Part shown: in pieces, positions 10,047 to 19,417 of the stretch
Layout: each line of letters begins with the position of its first letter
Position numbering within the stretch: position 1 is the stretch's first letter
Assembly: GCA_963716175.1 (NCBI GenBank)
Contig: OY970296.1
Location: forward strand, 736,001-800,000
DNA: 64,000 bases
Direction: 5' to 3'
Origin: an uncultured Armatimonadetes bacterium
Lineage (GTDB): Bacteria > Armatimonadota > Hebobacteria > Hebobacterales > Hebobacteraceae
Translations under genes and position numbers: made by a program
The notes under the pieces: model-generated
The model's database searches: none
What the model was told of the DNA's origin: nothing
Seen by the model: the letters and a program-made list of their open reading frames with translations, nothing else

Positions 10047-11555
10047 ATGAGTGAGAAGGAGCGACTGACCACGGGGTTCGGAACGCCGGTCGAAAACGAC
10101 CTGAGCTCAGTGACCGCCGGACCCAAGGGACCGGTTCTCATCCAGGACGTACACCTGGTCGAGAAGCTGGCCCACTTCGACCGAGAGCGGATTCCCGAAC
10201 GCGTGGTGCACGCGAAGGGAGCCGGAGCATACGGCCATTTCGAGGTGACCCATGATGTCACCAAGTACACTCGCGCCAAGTTCCTCTCTGCCGTGGGGAA
10301 GCGAACGGAGGTCTTCGCGCGGTTCTCAACCGTGGGCGGTGAGAAGGGGTCTGCCGACTCCGAACGCGACCCTCGCGGGTTCGCGGTGAAGTTCTACACC
10401 GAGGAAGGCAACTACGACCTGGTTGGGAACGACACACCCGTCTTCTTCATCCGTGACCCACTGAAGTTCCCGGACTTCATCCACACCCAGAAGCGCAATC
10501 CCGCAACCAACCTCAAGGACCCGGATATGTTCTGGGACTTCCTCTCGCTGACGCCCGAGTCCATCCACCAGGTGACTATCCTCTTCTCCGACCGCGGCAC
10601 GCCCAGGGCCTACCGGCACATGAACGGGTACAGCAGCCACGCTTACATGTGGTACAACGAGAAGGGGGACTATCACTGGGTTCAGCTTCACTTCAAGACC
10701 GAGCAGGGGATCCAGAACTTCACCGGTGAGGAAGCGGATCGCATGCGCGGCACCGACCCGGACTGTGCCACGCGTGATCTGCACGACGCGATAGCACGCG
10801 GCGACTACCCCTCTTGGCGGCTGGAAGTCCAGGTCATGACTCCCGAGCAGGCGAGAAGCTACCGGTTTGACCCCTTCGACATCACGAAGGTCTGGCCGCA
10901 CGCGGACTTCCCGCCCGTGAACGTGGGCCGCCTGGTGCTCGACCGGAATCCCGAGAACTACTTCGCCGAGGTGGAGCAGTCGGCGTTCTCTCCGGGCAAC
11001 TTCGTTCCCGGCATTGGGCCGTCCCCGGACAAGATGCTGCAGGGGCGACTGTTCAGCTATCACGACACGCATCGGCATCGGCTTGGGCCTAACTACCACC
11101 TGATTCCCGTCAACGCACCGAAGGCGTGCCGCATGCAAAGCTATCAGCGTGACGGGGCGATGCGAGTAGACATGAATGGAGGTGGCGGCCCCAACTACTG
11201 GCCGAATAGCTTCGGAGGCCCGTTGCCGGACCCGGACGTCGCTGCCCCGCCTATCGACGTTTCCGGCCTGGCAGCGCGCCACCAATACGAGCTTGGCGAC
11301 ATAGACTTCGTCCAAGCTGGGGACCTCTACCGAAAGGTCATGACTGATGAGCACCGGGCTCACCTCGTCAGCAACATCGTCTCGCACCTGAGGAACGCCC
11401 AGCGGCGTCTGCAGCTCAGACAGACCGCGCTGTTCTACAAGGCGGACCCTGACTACGGCGAGCGTGTCGCCAGGGGCCTCGACCTGGACCTGCAAGAGGT
11501 CAGACGCCTCGCCGCGATGTCGCAGGAGGACCGCGTCAAGGCGACCTCCCGCTGA
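10047..11555 (+). CDS. katA: Monofunctional heme catalase
   Basis: [46 protein letters not shown]; AAGGAGG RBS. Confidence 0.97.
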   Translation: MSEKERLTTGFGTPVENDLSSVTAGPKGPVLIQDVHLVEKLAHFDRERIPERVVHAKGAGAYGHFEVTHDVTKYTRAKFLSAVGKRTEVFARFSTVGGEKGSADSERDPRGFAVKFYTEEGNYDLVGNDTPVFFIRDPLKFPDFIHTQKRNPATNLKDPDMFWDFLSLTPESIHQVTILFSDRGTPRAYRHMNGYSSHAYMWYNEKGDYHWVQLHFKTEQGIQNFTGEEADRMRGTDPDCATRDLHDAIARGDYPSWRLEVQVMTPEQARSYRFDPFDITKVWPHADFPPVNVGRLVLDRNPENYFAEVEQSAFSPGNFVPGIGPSPDKMLQGRLFSYHDTHRHRLGPNYHLIPVNAPKACRMQSYQRDGAMRVDMNGGGGPNYWPNSFGGPLPDPDVAAPPIDVSGLAARHQYELGDIDFVQAGDLYRKVMTDEHRAHLVSNIVSHLRNAQRRLQLRQTALFYKADPDYGERVARGLDLDLQEVRRLAAMSQEDRVKATSR

Positions 11556-11595
11556 GCCGAAGTGCGGGTGTCAGACGGCGATGAGACATCGGTAA

Positions 11596-11666
11596 GGGAC
11601 GGCTGGCTCAGACGGTAGAGCTTACGCCAGAGGCTAGCCTACCAAACTGAAGATCGAGATTCGCGT
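11596..11666 (+). repeat. tRNA D-arm-derived leader, homologous to the 70-bp units at 53.5 kb
   Basis: ggctcagacggtagagcttacgccagaggctagcctaccaaactgaaga aligns with tagctcagatggtagagcttacagcagaggctagcacacctgaactgaaga. Confidence 0.75.
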
Positions 11667-11742
11667 GCCGGGTTAGCTCAGGTGGTAGAGCGCGGGACTG
11701 AAAGTCCAGGCGGCCCCAGTTCGATTCTGGGAGCCGGCACCA
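11667..11742 (+). tRNA. tRNA-Phe(GAA), diverged and possibly a pseudo-tRNA
   Basis: 76-nt cloverleaf with CCA; 5 differences from the 53636 copy, all in the 3' half, giving mismatches in the acceptor and anticodon stems. Confidence 0.75.
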
Positions 11743-11752
11743 GGAGCTTCCG

Positions 11753-11780
11753 GGGCGATGGCCGAAGGCCGTCGCCCTTC
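11753..11780 (+). terminator. GC hairpin after the tRNA
   Basis: GGGCGATGGCC-GAA-GGCCGTCGCCC then TTC. Confidence 0.5.
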
Positions 11781-11809
11781 CGCGTCGGCGCGAGCTGGCC
11801 TAGCCGGCC

Positions 11810-11952
11810 TTAGCTCCACCTCTGCCTGCCGCAGCTTGTGGATGATCTGCTCCGGCGTATGCCGCTTCGCATTCATCTGCCTCGCTCCTCCTTGACCAGT
11901 CCAGCCCCAAGTACTAACATTCAGCCTGGACTCGTTCTAGGGGGCAAGGCCA
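11810..11952 (-). mobile_element. IS3-family remnant (left end plus truncated orfA)
   Basis: End 5'-TGGCCTTGCCCCCTAGAACGAGTCCAGG; AAGGAGG RBS; MNAKRHTPEQIIHKLRQAEVEL, then truncated. Confidence 0.75.
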
Positions 11953-12116
11953 CTGGAAGGTCCGGGCGCGGGACAGCCGGGCCAGCATCGGCGAATGGAG
12001 CCCGGTCTTCCGCTTCACAACTGCGGCTCAGCCGGGATGAGGAGAGCGTGTCTGCTGTCTCCGGCTACGCTTCCATTCATTCGCGGGGAAACCAGAGGGG
12101 CTTGAGAGGCACAGCC

Positions 12117-13036
12117 ATGGAATGGATCGACACCCACGTACACATCAGCGGCGTCTCTCCTGACGGCTCCGTGCGCGAGAACCTGGCACAGGACGTGGCG
12201 GTGGTGCTGGATGGAGCAGGGGCTGATCTGCGCTTTGTCGTCAACTGCTGCGAAGCCGACAGCGCCGCCGAGTTCCAGCGGATGATGGAGCGGCCGGAGG
12301 GGGTGCTGGAGGCGAGCAGGCACGTACACGGCCTGGCCAAGGGCCTGGCAGGCCGGGTGTACGGGTCATGCATGGTGAACCCCCACTTCCTCGACGCCTC
12401 CCTCAAGACGATGGATGTGACCTTCGGGCAGTGGAGGTTCGTGATGCTCGGGGAGATGGTCCAGTACATGATGCACTACCGGATGAACAGCGATCCGGTG
12501 GCGCGGTTGGTGCGAAAGGCCGTGGAGTTCGATGTCCCCACCCAGGTGCACATTCGACCTCCAACAGCGCCCAGGGCAACTTCACCTCCGGCACCGAGGA
12601 ACTGTATGACTTCCTGGCGCTCGTGCAGCGGGAGCCGGAGGCGAGATACCTGCTGGCCCACTTCGTGGGCTCTCCGCGAGCCAATCCGACGGTAGTGGAA
12701 GGGTACCTGGACATCATCGAGCGCGAGCTGGGAGGATGGCCGGACAACTTCTGGGCTGAGATCATCCACTTCCACTCACCGGGGGTCCCGGTGGCGCTGG
12801 CGCGGATACCCCACGACCGGCTAATGGCCGGCACCGACTGGGTCGGGCGGCCGGGTCCCCCCTTCTTGCCCTATGGCATCGTCTACGGAGTGCAGTCAGC
12901 AGAGCAGAACCCGTACCCGCCGCGTGTGGCAAGCCTGGTTGACTTCCTCGTCTCTGCTGGAGCTTCGCCGGAGACGGTGCGGGCCATCGCCTTCGGGAAC
13001 GCTGCCAGGCTGCTCAGGCTGGGCCCGCGCGCTTAG
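12117..13036 (+). pseudogene. Amidohydrolase_2 family protein, frameshifted near 12555
   Basis: MEWIDTHVH..MLGEM..PTQVHI in one frame continues as STSN..LLAHFVG..LMAGTDW..GNAARLL in the next; apparently one base missing at cacattcg. Confidence 0.8.
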
Positions 13037-13166
13037 CCTGGAGCAGTGAGGGCGAAGCGGCAGGACACGCTGGGCGGGATACCCGCGGGTGCCCCTAGCC
13101 TAATGAATGTCGCCCAAAGAAGTAACGGGCGGCATTCATCAGAAAGCCAGGGAATGCCTGAAGAAA

Positions 13167-13202
13167 GACGTTCGCGCAATGTTACTTCATTGCGCGAACG
13201 TC
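13167..13202. terminator. Perfect 15-bp inverted repeat between convergent genes
   Basis: GACGTTCGCGCAATG-ttactt-CATTGCGCGAACGTC. Confidence 0.6.
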
Positions 13203-13349
13203 GGTAGTAGAGATGATGTGACCCACCCGGCAGCCGGAGGCGCCGGGGTGCTTGGGGCCGTGGGCAGCAGTGCTTCGTCGTCGCGGGCAGTGCCGTGCTG
13301 GCAGACCTCTGGCGAGGATTCCTAGACCGGCCTGACACGACCAGGCTGG

Positions 13350-14141
13350 CTACAGGGCGGCGAGCTCGGCTCTGACCACTCCGGCCAGGTCGGCGACGAT
13401 GGACGCTAGGTGCTGCGCGCCTTCCTCGGCTGTTGCTAGGCGCGGGTCGTCCTCAGCGCGCACAGTGAAGTCTGCGGTGGGGCGGCCCTCGAACGTCGGC
13501 TGATCAACTACGGCCAGCTCGGTGTTCCTCAGAGGCCCCGCTGGCAGCTCTGTAAGATCCACATTCCCGGTGAGGGCTTGCATGATCGCCGTCTCGACTC
13601 GAGTCGCGTGCGAGCCGTTGAAGTAGTCGCCCGGGGTCCTCAGCACGGGCATGAGCAGCAGCACCTTGGCCCGGCTTGTGTGACTGAACTCGAGCGCCAG
13701 CCGCTGCAGTGTCTGAATCTGGTTGTCGGCGCCATGTCCGTTGAGAAGCACGATCAGCTTGTAGCCGCGTCGCGCCAGTAGCTCCAGGTAGCTGCGCACG
13801 ACTATCGCCAGTACTTCCTCGGGCAGGTACAGACTATGAACGGGCAGGCCAGGGAAGTCCATGCCGACGATGTACTCGTCGCCCCGGAAGCCAATGCTGC
13901 GCAGCATCTGCGGGCTGCGCTCTCGCTCCGTGCCGAGGAACAGCGGCGGAAGCACAACACCTCCCACCTCGCGGGCGAGACGCAGCGACACCTCGTATGC
14001 GTTCAGTGGGTCGGTGCCGAAGGGAAGATGCGGGCCGTGCCACTCCAGGGGACCGAGCGGCAGGAACACGAGCGGGCAACCCTCTCTCTCGGCGATGATC
14101 TGAGACGGTCTCAGCAGTTCGAGCTTGACCTCTCGCTCCAT
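13350..14141 (-). CDS. Creatininase family amidohydrolase
   Basis: LPLGPLEWHGPHLPFGTD, LNGHGADN, SHATRVET, ATAEEG. Confidence 0.9.
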   Translation of the reverse strand: MEREVKLELLRPSQIIAEREGCPLVFLPLGPLEWHGPHLPFGTDPLNAYEVSLRLAREVGGVVLPPLFLGTERERSPQMLRSIGFRGDEYIVGMDFPGLPVHSLYLPEEVLAIVVRSYLELLARRGYKLIVLLNGHGADNQIQTLQRLALEFSHTSRAKVLLLMPVLRTPGDYFNGSHATRVETAIMQALTGNVDLTELPAGPLRNTELAVVDQPTFEGRPTADFTVRAEDDPRLATAEEGAQHLASIVADLAGVVRAELAAL

Positions 14142-14417
14142 ACCACTATCCTCCGACTGATGCGACTCACCTGCAGGGTTCCAGCGGAACCGGGCCAACA
14201 GAGCGCTGGGATTAGCCACACCTCGGGCGCTCCTGCCCCTCTATTTCTGCAGTCTCGCCCGGTTGTCGGCAGCGTTCCCGGCGGGATATGACAGTCCAGA
14301 CTTGCCCTTCGGTTCGCCGCGTCAGCATTGCAGCCCTGTCGCGCCCCGGGCCCGCGTCTCGGGCACCGCGCCGAACGCGGATACTCAGCCGGCCTGCTCA
14401 CGCGACGGGAGTCTGGG

Positions 14418-14464
14418 CAGTGACTCCAAGCTGAGGGGGTAGTCGGAGTCGGGAGGCGCCCGGG
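14418..14464 (+). repeat. Dispersed hairpin repeat, copy 2
   Basis: cagtGACTCCaagctgagggggtagtcGGAGTCgggaggcgcccggg. Confidence 0.75.
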
Positions 14465-14718
14465 TGGTGCTACCCGTGTTCTGGGCGCACCAAATGGCCG
14501 TCCGGAGTTGGGGCCCTCACCGGGATACCCGCTGCAACCACAGGATGCCGCAGTGGCGCTCCGGATGTGCGGCTGGGCAGATCAGCAGTGTGACGAGGAT
14601 GCCCGCAGCTTGGCACCGAAGCACAGGCAACGGTCAAGGCTGGGCAGCAGCTCCGCGGGGGTCACGCCTGGCGGGCAACGGCAATGCCCACAAAGCGGGC
14701 TCGCGGCCCCTCGAAGGC

Positions 14719-15156
14719 ATGGACATGATGAAGACGCCAAGTGACGCCATCCGGAATAGCCAGGTGCGACTGATGCCAGGTCGGTATGCGGTCCTGCGAT
14801 GCGCAGATGTGCCCGATGGCCCTGGCTGGTTCATGATCACCCGGGATCCAGATGAAGTGACAGCTATCGTCGAGGAATCGGCGATTCCCGAATCGCGCGC
14901 CCTCGAGACGGACGGGGGCTATAGACTCGTGGAGATCAGGGTTGCCACAGGATTCGAGAGCGTTGGATTCCTTGCCGCGGTGACCCGCGCTCTTGCTGAG
15001 GCAGGACTCAGCATCTTCGTGGTATCTACCTACTCGAAGGACTATGTGCTCATGAAGGAAGAGTTGGTCGCGGCCGGACTGCAGGCACTTTCGGAAACCG
15101 GCTTCCGAGTGGCTAGGCCCGCCTCCGGCGGGCCGCCACCCCGGCCCGCGGCCTAG
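14719..15156 (+). CDS. ACT domain protein (ACT_7/DUF2241-like)
   Basis: ITRDPDEVTAIV..VGFLAAVTRALAEAGLSIFVVSTYSKDYVLMKE. Confidence 0.85.
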   Translation: MDMMKTPSDAIRNSQVRLMPGRYAVLRCADVPDGPGWFMITRDPDEVTAIVEESAIPESRALETDGGYRLVEIRVATGFESVGFLAAVTRALAEAGLSIFVVSTYSKDYVLMKEELVAAGLQALSETGFRVARPASGGPPPRPAA

Positions 15157-15180
15157 GGGTTGTCGAGATCTAGCACAGCG

Positions 15181-15230
15181 CAGTGACTCCCTGCCGAGGC
15201 GGTAGCCGCAGTCGAAGGCACCCGGGGCCG
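15181..15230 (+). repeat. Dispersed hairpin repeat, copy 3
   Basis: cagtGACTCCctgccgaggcggtagccGCAGTCgaaggcacccggggccg. Confidence 0.7.
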
Positions 15231-15297
15231 GCCTCGCGGGCGGCTGACACGGACAGCCTGCTGCATCAGACCAGTGATCCTCCGCTCAGCAGCGGGG

Positions 15298-16074
15298 TCA
15301 GCGCAGCAGGAAATCAACCGTCACGCGACAGCTGATCCGCAGCTTCCCCGGGACTTCCGGCATCCCCAGCGGGGCTTCGGCGGCGGAGGCTGGCTGTGAG
15401 ACCCCGCCTCTCGCGGCGCGTCCGGCCCCCATCTCGTATTTCCAGTAGTCGCGATCATAGGAGTACTCGTCCGAGATGCTCTGGATGCCAACGATCTTCG
15501 CGCGTGCGCCCTCGGCCATGGCTTTCGCCTTCTCGGAGGCCCTCTCGGTCGCGAGCCGCAGCGCGGCGGCCCGCACGGTGTTCTCGTCCGCCAGTTCCCA
15601 GACGAGGCCTGAGAAACTCGTCGCTCCCGCCTCTACGGCGCCGTCCACGACTTCAGGAAGTCTGTCGAAGCTGCCGCCCTTCAGGGTGACGCGCAGCCAG
15701 TGGTAGGCCTTGTAGCCCAGCTGAACCGTGCGCCGTCGCGCAGAGTCGTACTCAGTCGCCGGTCCCAGGTACAGCTCAGAGGTCTCCAGCGATTCGCTTC
15801 TCACCCCCAGCCCAGTCAGGCGCGCCTTGATCGCTGTGACCGTTCGGGCGACTTGCGTGGCTGCTTCCTTCGGCGTTGGACGCACCGCTTTCACACCGAG
15901 GGAGATCTTCACGACATCCGGTTCGGCTTCCTGGTAGGCGTCGGCCGTCACCGTCAGCAGGCGCGGCTCGGGCGAAGGCTTCCGGCGCCACGAGGCTGCG
16001 TCAAGTAGTGTCGCCAGAACTGCCAGCGCCAGCACGACCACCACGACATGGCCAAAGACGGACTCTCGCTGCAT
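15298..16074 (-). CDS. SIMPL (DUF541) domain protein
   Basis: N-terminal TM; LTVTADA..EPDVVKISLGV..ALRLATERASEKAKAMAEGA..ISCRVTVDF. Confidence 0.85.
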   Translation of the reverse strand: MQRESVFGHVVVVVLALAVLATLLDAASWRRKPSPEPRLLTVTADAYQEAEPDVVKISLGVKAVRPTPKEAATQVARTVTAIKARLTGLGVRSESLETSELYLGPATEYDSARRRTVQLGYKAYHWLRVTLKGGSFDRLPEVVDGAVEAGATSFSGLVWELADENTVRAAALRLATERASEKAKAMAEGARAKIVGIQSISDEYSYDRDYWKYEMGAGRAARGGVSQPASAAEAPLGMPEVPGKLRISCRVTVDFLLR

Positions 16075-16251
16075 CGCCGGCACCCCCTTGCCGTAGGCTC
16101 CCTGCACTCCCCACAAGTCCTATTGGGACACCCCCGGTAGTCACCCTTCTCCCTGAGTAGCTGCTATCCTCTCACTGATGGACGCGACACCCTGTCCACT
16201 GCCGGTTGCGGGTCAGAGCGCCATCCGAACCCGTTAGCGACGGACCCTGGG

Positions 16252-16300
16252 CAGCAACTCCCAGCCGAAGGGCCTGACCGGAGTCGGAGGTGCCCCCGGG
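16252..16300 (+). repeat. Dispersed hairpin repeat, copy 4
   Basis: cagcAACTCCcagccgaagggcctgaccGGAGTCggaggtgcccccggg. Confidence 0.7.
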
Positions 16301-16440
16301 CATCATTCCCGCGTGTCCGCCGCACCGGCAGCCCCGCCGGGTACGATCGAGCCAGCGGAGAGTGCTTGCGGGGGTCGGAGTCGGCCGCGGGCGCGTCGTG
16401 GTACCTGCACGGGGTGCAGTAGCGGGGTCGTGAACCAATC

Positions 16441-17052
16441 TCAGTCAGCAGCTGCCGCCGGTCCACTCGCTCGACTGCCGATGACTCGCTTCTCGAACAC
16501 CGTGAACGATGAACTCGCGCCGAACACTTGCCGCAGCTTCTCCAAGACCTCAGCTCGGTAACGGTCTCCCACTCTCGTGTAGAGGCACACCTCATCACCC
16601 CCCGGGTCGGCTGGGTCGCGGACATACGAGATCTCAAAGCCCAGGTTCCGGTAGTCGTGGGGCAGCTTGTCCTTCGGAACCTTGACCGCATACTCGAGCG
16701 GAGTGTAGCCCACTCTCAGGTAGAAGCCGTCCGCACCGGACCCAAGGTCAATGGTCCAGTCTCCGCGTGCTCTCACTCGGTCCTCCCAGTAGCGCAGCAG
16801 GCGGCTCCCATATCCTCTGCGCTGTTGCCCCGGGAGGATCGCGATCACGTGTAACCGCATCCTGTCCAAGCCGTCACGGTCAGAGCGGACTGGCCATCCG
16901 CAGCAGACGCCGATGATCTGGGGCCCTTCACTGCAACAGGTGAACAGGTCGGGACAGCGTTCGTACATGGCCAGGTACTCTGCGGAGACGGTCTCTCCGG
17001 CGACCGCGAGCGCGGCCTCCACTTCCTCTGGTCTGACTGTGCGGAATCGCAC
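16441..17052 (-). CDS. GNAT family N-acetyltransferase
   Basis: IAILPGQQRRGYGSRLL acetyl-CoA motif, FYLRVGY; GGAGGGAG RBS then GTG. Confidence 0.85.
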   Translation of the reverse strand: MRFRTVRPEEVEAALAVAGETVSAEYLAMYERCPDLFTCCSEGPQIIGVCCGWPVRSDRDGLDRMRLHVIAILPGQQRRGYGSRLLRYWEDRVRARGDWTIDLGSGADGFYLRVGYTPLEYAVKVPKDKLPHDYRNLGFEISYVRDPADPGGDEVCLYTRVGDRYRAEVLEKLRQVFGASSSFTVFEKRVIGSRASGPAAAAD

Positions 17053-17289
17053 GACTCCCTCCTGCGCCCGCGACGTCCCTGACCCCTTCACGAGCTGGTT
17101 CCTGACCAGTTGGCGCCAGCACCCGCGCCGCGTCGCCCAGGCATCTATCCGCAGCGCCATTCTCCGGACCGGGGTCTGTACCTCGTGGTCCGGGACCAAC
17201 GGTCCGCTTTCACGCGACCGTCAGCCTCCCCATCGTCGCGGGCATCACCCCATCAGGCCGACGGCATGCGACGGCCGGAGGCGTAGACG

Positions 17290-18084
17290 CTAGCCAGCCG
17301 TTCCGGAGCCCGTCTCCTCGCTGATGCGTCGAAGGAAGCGCGCCACGCTCTCCGCCACGATGTCCCAGAGCCGCTCACCCATCTCCGGGGTGGCGAGGCT
17401 CGGGTCCCCGAACGCGCCGGTTTCGGAGATCTCATCGGCGAGCCACACGTATCCGGGCTGCTCGCTCCGCTTGAGCGTAGGCCTCACCATCTTCTCCCGC
17501 TTCACCAGGTGCGGACGGTCGGCCAGCATCTCCGCCGTCTCTGGCGCGGCGGCGTGGATACCCATCGTCTCGTCTGGCCACAGGCCGGCCTCCCTGAGCT
17601 TGCGGTACTCCGCCTGGAAGTACGCGTCATTCCATCCTGCGTACGCGTAGAGCTTCGCTTCCTTGCCCTGCCGGGTCAGCTCCTCCGCCAGCCTGTAGCG
17701 CGCGACCTCAACCGAGCTGGCGTTCCCCCCGTTGCCATTCACTATGGCGATGGAGCGGAATCCCATAGCCAAGACTGCGCCCATGATCTCGCAAAGGGCG
17801 CTGATGTACGTCTCGAACCGGAACGAAATGGTGCCCGGGAATCTCATGTGGAAGCACGACTGTCCATAGGGAAGGGTCGGGAGGACCAGCACTTTCAGGC
17901 GGTACTGCTCCCAGGCCCGTCGTGCGCCATCCAACGCCCACCGTTCGGCCAGCCGCGCATCCACATCCACAGGTAGCATCGGCCCATGTTGTTCGATGGC
18001 CCCCACCGGGAAGACCACGATGTAGTCCTCTCGCGTTGCCTCCGCGATGTCCTCCCACGTGCATTCGCTCCACAGCAGGTTCAT
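17290..18084 (-). CDS. Creatininase family protein
   Basis: PVGAIEQHGPMLPVDVD, FHMRFPGTIS, NGNGGN, HAAAPET, GAFGDPSLATPEMG. Confidence 0.9.
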   Translation of the reverse strand: MNLLWSECTWEDIAEATREDYIVVFPVGAIEQHGPMLPVDVDARLAERWALDGARRAWEQYRLKVLVLPTLPYGQSCFHMRFPGTISFRFETYISALCEIMGAVLAMGFRSIAIVNGNGGNASSVEVARYRLAEELTRQGKEAKLYAYAGWNDAYFQAEYRKLREAGLWPDETMGIHAAAPETAEMLADRPHLVKREKMVRPTLKRSEQPGYVWLADEISETGAFGDPSLATPEMGERLWDIVAESVARFLRRISEETGSGTAG

Positions 18085-18179
18085 CGTCTTCTCCTTGGAT
18101 GCAGGTGGCGCTTGCCCGCGCTGGCGACGGCGCTCGGCGACTCTGCGCGACAGGCGCGCACGGGCGCAGAGGGACAGCG

Positions 18180-19382
18180 TCAGCCCTCCTGTGCCCCCCG
18201 GGCCCTCCAGCTTGAGCCCGACGGCCACGGCTCCTGATAGTCGAGGCGGCGCCACTCTGCCAGCGCCCCGGCGTCCCGGGTGTCGGGGATGGCGATGACC
18301 TCGCCCGCCCGCTCCGCGGAGATGGCAGCGCAGACACCTGGGAAGCTGATGTCCATGCCGCGGTGCAGCCCGAGCTCCGGCTCCTCGCCGCTCAGCACCG
18401 CCTCGAGGAAGCTGCGCGCCAGGAACCAGTCGGCGCCGCCGTGGCCCGAGTCCCGCGCCTCCTCAGGTGCGTCCTCCCGCAGTTTGGACCAGGACATGGG
18501 TCTCCACTCTCTCCGGTCCCAGTCCGAGCGCGCCATCCTGGGCTGGTCCAGGTTCGCACCCCCCGCCCACTGCACCGTCGCCTCCGTGCCCAGCAAGGAG
18601 AAGCGGTGCCCGATGGGGTGGCTGGTGTTGAAGCCGCAGACCACACGCAGCACGCGGCCGGCGGCGGTGCGGAAGAGCGCCGCTTCGATGTCCGGGCTGC
18701 CGCACATCGGGTCGCGATTCGCCGGAGTTGCCTGGCAGCTGACGGAGACGCAGCGGTCTCCGGTCACCCAGAGCAGCGGCCCCAGGCTGTGTGTCAGGTA
18801 CTGGATGGGATGGAACCGCGCCCTCCAGTTGCGCGACACGCCTGGCGCGCCCGCTTCCTGGTGGCTGAGCACCTGGCCCACTGCATCCACGAAGTGGGAG
18901 CCAGGCATATCGTGGAGGTACTCCGCCTCGCCATAGGAGATCTCGCCCAGCTCTCCAGCACGGTAGAGCCGCTGCCACTCGTGGACGAACCACCAGTAGC
19001 AGCAGTTCTCTCCCAGCATGTAGTGGCGACCCGTGCGCTGGACCGCCTCCAGCACCTGGAAGTGGCCTTCCGCAGTGAGCGAGGCCGGCACTTCGCTGAG
19101 CGCATGCTTGCCAGCCTCCAGCGCCAGCACCACGTGCTCGGCGTGCGAGGGCGGGTCGCTTGCCACCACTACCGCGTCGAGGTTGGCCTCTCGCAACATC
19201 GTCTCGTAGTCGGCGAAGAGCTCCGCCTCAGGGTGAGACTGGCCGATCGCCTCCCGGCGCGCTGGGAGCCGCTCTGCGATGGCGGATACCCGCGACTCCG
19301 GGAAGCAGGCAAAGAGGCTGGCGAACACCCAGCCTCGGCCCCCGCCCACAATGCCGATGCGAACCTGCTGCTGTGCGTTCAT
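18180..19382 (-). CDS. Gfo/Idh/MocA oxidoreductase
   Basis: RIGIVGGGRG, AGKHALSEVP, GENCCY, GEAEYLHD, YLTHSLGP, SGHGGAD. Confidence 0.9.
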   Translation of the reverse strand: MNAQQQVRIGIVGGGRGWVFASLFACFPESRVSAIAERLPARREAIGQSHPEAELFADYETMLREANLDAVVVASDPPSHAEHVVLALEAGKHALSEVPASLTAEGHFQVLEAVQRTGRHYMLGENCCYWWFVHEWQRLYRAGELGEISYGEAEYLHDMPGSHFVDAVGQVLSHQEAGAPGVSRNWRARFHPIQYLTHSLGPLLWVTGDRCVSVSCQATPANRDPMCGSPDIEAALFRTAAGRVLRVVCGFNTSHPIGHRFSLLGTEATVQWAGGANLDQPRMARSDWDRREWRPMSWSKLREDAPEEARDSGHGGADWFLARSFLEAVLSGEEPELGLHRGMDISFPGVCAAISAERAGEVIAIPDTRDAGALAEWRRLDYQEPWPSGSSWRARGAQEG

Positions 19383-19417
19383 TCCCAAGCACCCACGGCC
19401 GCAGTTCGCGGACTCCT

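Noticed and set aside
14418-16300. Integron attC cassette array
   Set aside because: The repeats lack RYYYAAC/GTTRRRY boxes, the intervening genes are not co-oriented, and no integron integrase is visible.
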